Origin: Macrostomum lignano | Lineage: Eukaryota | Length of the DNA stretch: 53,940 nucleotides | Direction: 5' to 3' | NCBI GenBank assembly: GCA_002269645.1 | Contig: NIVC01004232.1 | Span: forward strand, 1-53,940 | Part shown: positions 48,965 through 53,940 of the stretch, in pieces | Position numbering within the stretch: position 1 is the first letter of the stretch | Layout of the letters: every line of letters starts with the position of its first letter | Notes under the pieces: generated by a model | Databases searched by the model: none | Told to the model about the DNA's origin: nothing | Seen by the model: the letters and a program-made list of their open reading frames with translations, nothing else | Made by a program: the position numbers and the translations under genes

Positions 48965-49621
48965 TCACTGGCAGCAGGACAGAGCACCTTGAATCTTCTG
49001 TCCAAGTCGGACAGTGGACGGCACCCCCACTGGCCGGGTGGCCGGACCGGGCAGCTTGGGCGCTGCCCCGGCGCCTCGGTTCAGAGGCAGCAGCTCCTGC
49101 CTCTTGGCCATGCCCAGCAGGACCTCCGCAATGCCAAGGAACATGTCCTGCACGTGTTCACCCGTGCGAGCCGACGTCTCGAAGAAGATCAGGCCGCGTC
49201 TGTTGGCAAATTCCTCAGCCTGCTGACGGGGTACCTGGCGCCGAGCCTCGGGCAGGTCGTTCTTGTTGCCAACCAGGTACTTTGGCGCCCCCGTGCAGCC
49301 GTACAGCTCGAATTCGGCTAGCCAGTCGGCCACCCGCTCAAAGCTGGTGTAGTCGGTGACGTCATAGACCACACAGAGCGCGCTCGCATTTCGGTAATAC
49401 TGTCTGGTTAGCGCCTGGAAGCGCTCCTGACCAGCCGAGTCCCAGATCTGTAGCTTCACCTGCTGACCATCGATGTTCACCTGCTTGATGCGGAAGTCGA
49501 CGCCGATTGTCGGTATGCCCACGGTCAGGAATTCGTCGTCCATGAATCGATGAAGCAGGCTGGTCTTACCTACTGAACTGCAGCCAGTGAGCACCAGCTT
49601 AAACAGATAGTCGTAGTCCAT
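48965..49621 (-). CDS. Intronless Rab-family GTPase (Rab1/Rab19-43-like, subfamily unresolved)
   Basis: GCSSVGKT, TIGVDF, WDSAGQERF, NKND, ETSAR, C-terminal CCQ prenylation motif. Confidence 0.95.
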   Translation of the reverse strand: MDYDYLFKLVLTGCSSVGKTSLLHRFMDDEFLTVGIPTIGVDFRIKQVNIDGQQVKLQIWDSAGQERFQALTRQYYRNASALCVVYDVTDYTSFERVADWLAEFELYGCTGAPKYLVGNKNDLPEARRQVPRQQAEEFANRRGLIFFETSARTGEHVQDMFLGIAEVLLGMAKRQELLPLNRGAGAAPKLPGPATRPVGVPSTVRLGQKIQGALSCCQ

Positions 49622-50430
49622 GAACTCTTTGGTAATTGCTCCTCGTTAAAGCGATTGTTGATTTCTGCGTAGCAGATCTTGCCTGCGTATGCCTTCTTGG
49701 TGTGCGCGCTGGCTGTAAATCCAGCTTAAATACTGTTTCTTGTTTGGATTCTGCCACGCTGGCAGAGGTTGAAAAGCAGTCATGGAGCCCCAGGCCGCCC
49801 AACTGCGGAGAGGGATTTCCTCTCTTGTGTCTATTTTTAGAACCTGACTGAATCTGTCTGTACATTGATGGGTGAATGGTCGCACTGGCCCGGATCTATT
49901 TTTAGCTCTCGGTGTGCAAATTGGGCCTTTTGTGACTCACGCGCTGACGCGTCTCTGCGCAATAGCATTAAACTAAATGGTCGACGTAGTCTTATTTATC
50001 CTTTGTGCATAAAAATCGATGTGGATTAACAAAGGCTTATATTCAAGCCAGATTAAGGCGGACGTCTTTATATTTTTAGCGTTATAGTATATCACTCGTT
50101 TTTATACATTTATAAAATGGCCACAGAGCAGCACCGTACTGAACAAGAGATAGTGTTCAAGTTGGCTCAATACGGTATTTGATCACTTGAAGAAGAAAAA
50201 GAAGTTTTCTAACTAAACAATGCTGTCTAGTGTACGAGAGACTCGTTCACATCGCAATTAAATAAGGCCAACTTTGCATACATTTACTTTTTCGTCGCTT
50301 TGCACTGCTAAAAAATACAACAGTGTGTGAAAGAGCCTCCAGCATTAAAATCCATAATTGGAATAGAATATGAGGCGTTCATCTGTCAATAAACATTAAT
50401 AAGTGTCTGATCTAACTATATTGTAGTATT

Positions 50431-51993
50431 TCAATTCGCCAAAGCAGCCACCACCACAGTTGTCAACTCTATCGCCGTTGAATTCGCCGTCGTAGTCTCA
50501 TTCAAGCTACCGCCGCCGTTGCCATTGTAGTAGACGTTCTGGGTGGCGACTCGGCCGATCACGCCAATCAGCAGGATGCCGAGGCAGGCCAGCCCGATAG
50601 CCAGTCGGGTCAGGGCCATGCGCCAGATCTTTTTTGGATCGCTAGCGTGCGGCTTAACGCGCAGCGGCACCACCCGGATGCTGCTCACGAATGCCGGGTT
50701 GCTCGGCATCCGCCGCCTGTGACGCCTGCCGCCGCCTGCTGATGCCGTTGACAGGCGTCTTGCACCAGGCGAGTCGTCCAGGAGGGCTGCGGAGGGCAGC
50801 GGACGAGGGGATTTTGGAGGATTTGGGAGTCGCTTAGAAAGCCTTGACTCCCATGTGATACAGTAATTCAATTGACTGATCGGGCGTACCGCAGATAGTC
50901 CGGAGCATCACTTCTGGTTCTTGCATTCTGGCGCTTAATTGCCGGCTCACAAATTTCTGCTACAGCAGCTCCACGGGCCACAGTTTGGTTCAATCAATTC
51001 TTAAATGGCTCTGCGCCGATGGGTTTGAGTAGGGGTTGGACTGGAAACTTTTTATCTCAAGGAAGGGCTAGATGGAGAATCTAGCGTATGACTGCGGGCC
51101 AGGGGGGGGGGAGGAGAAGAAAGGAGAGGAGAGAGAAAGAGAAGGGACAAGAGATTCGAGAAGGTATAGGAGAGAAGGGAGAGGAGAAAACGGAGAGAAG
51201 AGAAGGGAAAGAAGAGAAGGGAGAAGGGAGAAGAGAGAAAAGGGAAAAGAGAACGTGAGGGGAGAAGAGAGAGGGGAGAAGAGAGAGGGGAGAGGAGAGA
51301 AGGGAGAGGAAAGAAGGGAGAGGAGAGAAGGGGAGAGGAGTAAGGGGAGAAGAGAGAAGGGAGAGGAGAGAAAGGAGATAAGAGAGAAGGGAGAGAGGAA
51401 AGAAGGGAGAGGAGATTCTAGAGAAGGCTGAGAAGAGACACAAACCTTGAGTCGGGTTGCTACTTTGAAGTTTCAAAGACCGAGGGCCGGATAGAGAGGC
51501 TTGGCGGGCCGGAGTTTGCCAACCCCTTTGTTTGAGCGATCTCCGATCCTCGGAGCTACGAACGGTAATGCGAACTTGCACACATTGGTTAAACATCAGC
51601 TCACCTGTGGCTTCAGAGGCGGCCCGCTTAGCCTTGGTGGAAGGTGACCGCCCGGAGTCCTCCAGCTCGGCCTCGGTGTCGTACACCTGCTGCCGCTCCT
51701 CCGCCACCTGAATTCGCTCCTGGGCCAGCTCAGCCTGGCGGTTCCAGTCCTGCCGGCAGAGCAGGAAAATGTAGGTCGGAGCCGTGATGCAGATGCCGAT
51801 TAGCAGGCCGAGCCACAGGCCTGGTGGAAGATCGATTCGGGTATTTGTGCGTCCAGAGCTTCTGTTTTCACGGCAATTCACCCGCAAATTGTTTGATGAA
51901 TGCATGCCGCTTGTCTACCCTGCGCGAATATGTGCCGTCGTATGTACGAGTATCTGTGTGGGTGTGCGAGCTCCGATGGTGAAGAACTCTCTG

Positions 51994-52060
<67 letters not shown>

Positions 52061-53510
52061 GCTCATAACTGTATCCAAGCACACTCACCGAATACCCTCA
52101 ACGAGGTGGTGAGAGCCACCGGAATTCCGACGGGCAGACCGATGATGTAGTAGGCCGTGATGACCAGCAGGGCGCCGGTGGCTTGGCGGCCGCAGCCGCG
52201 CAGAGCGCCAGCTGAGATGCAGCTGATGCCGTCGATGAATTGGAACAGGCCGAGCACTGGGAATATGCCGGCAGCGATGGCGGCTATGTTCCTGCGGAGG
52301 AGGGAAAAGTGAAGATTGAGTCGGGCGAGAAACTTACTTTACTACTTACTACTTACTACAATACTCGTGAGAGACCCAGACCGGTCTCGTGAGTTTTCTA
52401 GCGCTCGTTCACGCCGAAAAAATCAAAGGAGCTATCGAGCCACACTACTGATGTACATAGTGGCCTTATTACTTGCAGCCTTCAACTGCCTATCTACATG
52501 TACATTTACGAACCTACTTATCCGTAGGCACCCGCGTATGACGTTCGAAGTTCAATCTAACTTTCTGCGTTTAACTTTTTTTTCGCTTGAAAATCCTTCT
52601 CGCTACTTGTTAATAGGCGATTCAATATTGCTTATACCAGGTATCAGTTGTTGAATAGCCCCGAGACTACACGCGAAACTGAAACACCAAACGACCTACT
52701 AGAAGGCAAAAGCGTTATATGAGATGCACTTTAGCAGTGATTAACGTACGCGTCGTTAGTAAACATGTAGGGCAGCAGGCTGCGGCAGGTGATGAAGATG
52801 ATGGTAGTGACGGTGGCCGAGCAGAGCAGGCAGCAGCAGCCGGCCAGCCACACCAGCTTGGCCCGGCTGCCGTTCAGAGCGCCCAGGCTCTGGCCAACCC
52901 GGATGTTGACCGCAATCGACAGGCCGAGAGCAATCTGCGGGTGCGTTTCGGAGTGTCACTTTAATCTATCTACCGTTAGCTCACTCGGGCTTGATGCCCC
53001 CAGAGTTGGGACTGGCTTACCATGAAAGTCCAGGTTTCAGTTTGAAATAGGATAGACTGAGCGCCCAGCTCTTCCTCGCCCATGTAGCCTGCGGAGAGAT
53101 TTTTATATCGTATGAGTGTGAGCCTGCGTGCGTGTCCGTGTGACTGCTCAGGAATGGGCATGGCTGCGTTAATTTCACTGTTTTTATTTTGACTCGAGAC
53201 TCTTGAGGAAGAAAGATTAATGAACCAGCTTTTCTGGTTTTTATAAGTGCACATTTAGAAGCTCAGTCAGTTGTTCGGCAGTTAGTCAAGCGCCACTCAC
53301 CGGCCACAAAGGTGCCAACCTCCCAGCAGAAGGTTTCCAAGCTGACCATTCCCATTCCCGCAGGGCCAGCTTGAGAAACTGCCACCAGTTGAAGAGCTCT
53401 CTACGTCCCAGCCATTCCAGGTCTCCACGTACACATGGCTGAAGACGATGTAACCAATCAGCAGGACGAACATGATGACGAAGGTCAGGGCCTGGCAGAC
53501 TGCGCTCGAA
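50431..53510 (-). CDS. SLC47A1: MATE/SLC47-family transporter, last 6 exons (5' part outside window), 2 apparent frameshifts
   Basis: Exons 53510-53301, 53088-53021, 52934-52750, 52291-52089, 51820-51605, 50786-50431. Motifs ELGAQSI, IRVGQSLGA, ALRGCGRQ, YYIIGLPVG, GLWLG, DW..QA, extra C-terminal TM helix. The symbol denotes the family, not proven orthology. Confidence 0.9.
51101..51430 (+). repeat. GA-rich low-complexity tract in MATE intron
   Basis: Almost pure purine on the plus strand. Confidence 0.9.
51989..52056 (+). repeat. (CT)n microsatellite
   Basis: About 33 CT units. Confidence 0.97.
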
Positions 53511-53714
53511 CTGGGCGAGAGTGAAATGGGGAGAGCTGGGATCGGGTTATCTGCAGCTGGTGCTGCGTGAGGCGCTGTTTGTGCATGTCATGCACAAACA
53601 CAACTTCCATGAAGTGGAAGGCAAAGAGAGGGTCAAACTTCGAATCAATGAGAATTTATTTAAGTGCCAGGCCAGAGGTGGGGTGGGGCAGACCTGAGGT
53701 AATATGAGTGTCCA

Positions 53715-53940
53715 TCACTTAGGGAAGTGCCCATATGGTGAGGTGTCCATAGGATTAGTGTCCTATAGGAGGGTGTCCTTGACTCAGGGGCGTGTCCATA
53801 GGGTGAGTGTCCTTGACTCGGGGGGTGTGTCCATAGGGTGAGTGTCCTTGACTCTGGGATGACTCTGGGGTGTTCTTGACTCGAGTCGCTCGGGGGTGTA
53901 TCCATAGGATGAGTATCCTTGACTCAGGGGTGTGTCCATA
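53715..53940 (+). repeat. About 35-bp minisatellite running off the window
   Basis: gtccatagggtgagtgtccttgactcgggg repeats. Confidence 0.8.

Noticed and set aside
51072-51431. Glu/Arg/Gly-rich ORF
   Set aside because: Translation of a GA low-complexity intron tract.

Overview
Eukaryotic (animal) genomic DNA with GC-rich, poly-Ala-prone exons, GT-AG introns full of minisatellites, interstitial TTAGGG and splice acceptors just upstream of start codons. This style suggests a flatworm such as Macrostomum, but the species is inferred, not shown. Minus-strand cluster: a 10-exon ASK1/MAP3K5-like kinase (3' end outside the window, three apparent frameshifts), an intronless Myc/Max-like bHLH-Zip gene and intronless NFU1. 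Next is a 25-kb repeat block: a 16.4-kb head-to-tail array of five Helitron-like units (A|TC...hairpin-CTAG|T) whose four full units carry a tRNA-like module followed by a satellite, then two Merlin-family elements, a foldback element and a CpG-free hAT transposase fossil. Plus-strand cluster: PIG-M, an unidentified dual-frame ORF and APC5. The window ends with a hAT MITE, an intronless Rab and the 3' half of a MATE/SLC47 transporter. All alignments and counts were done by eye.
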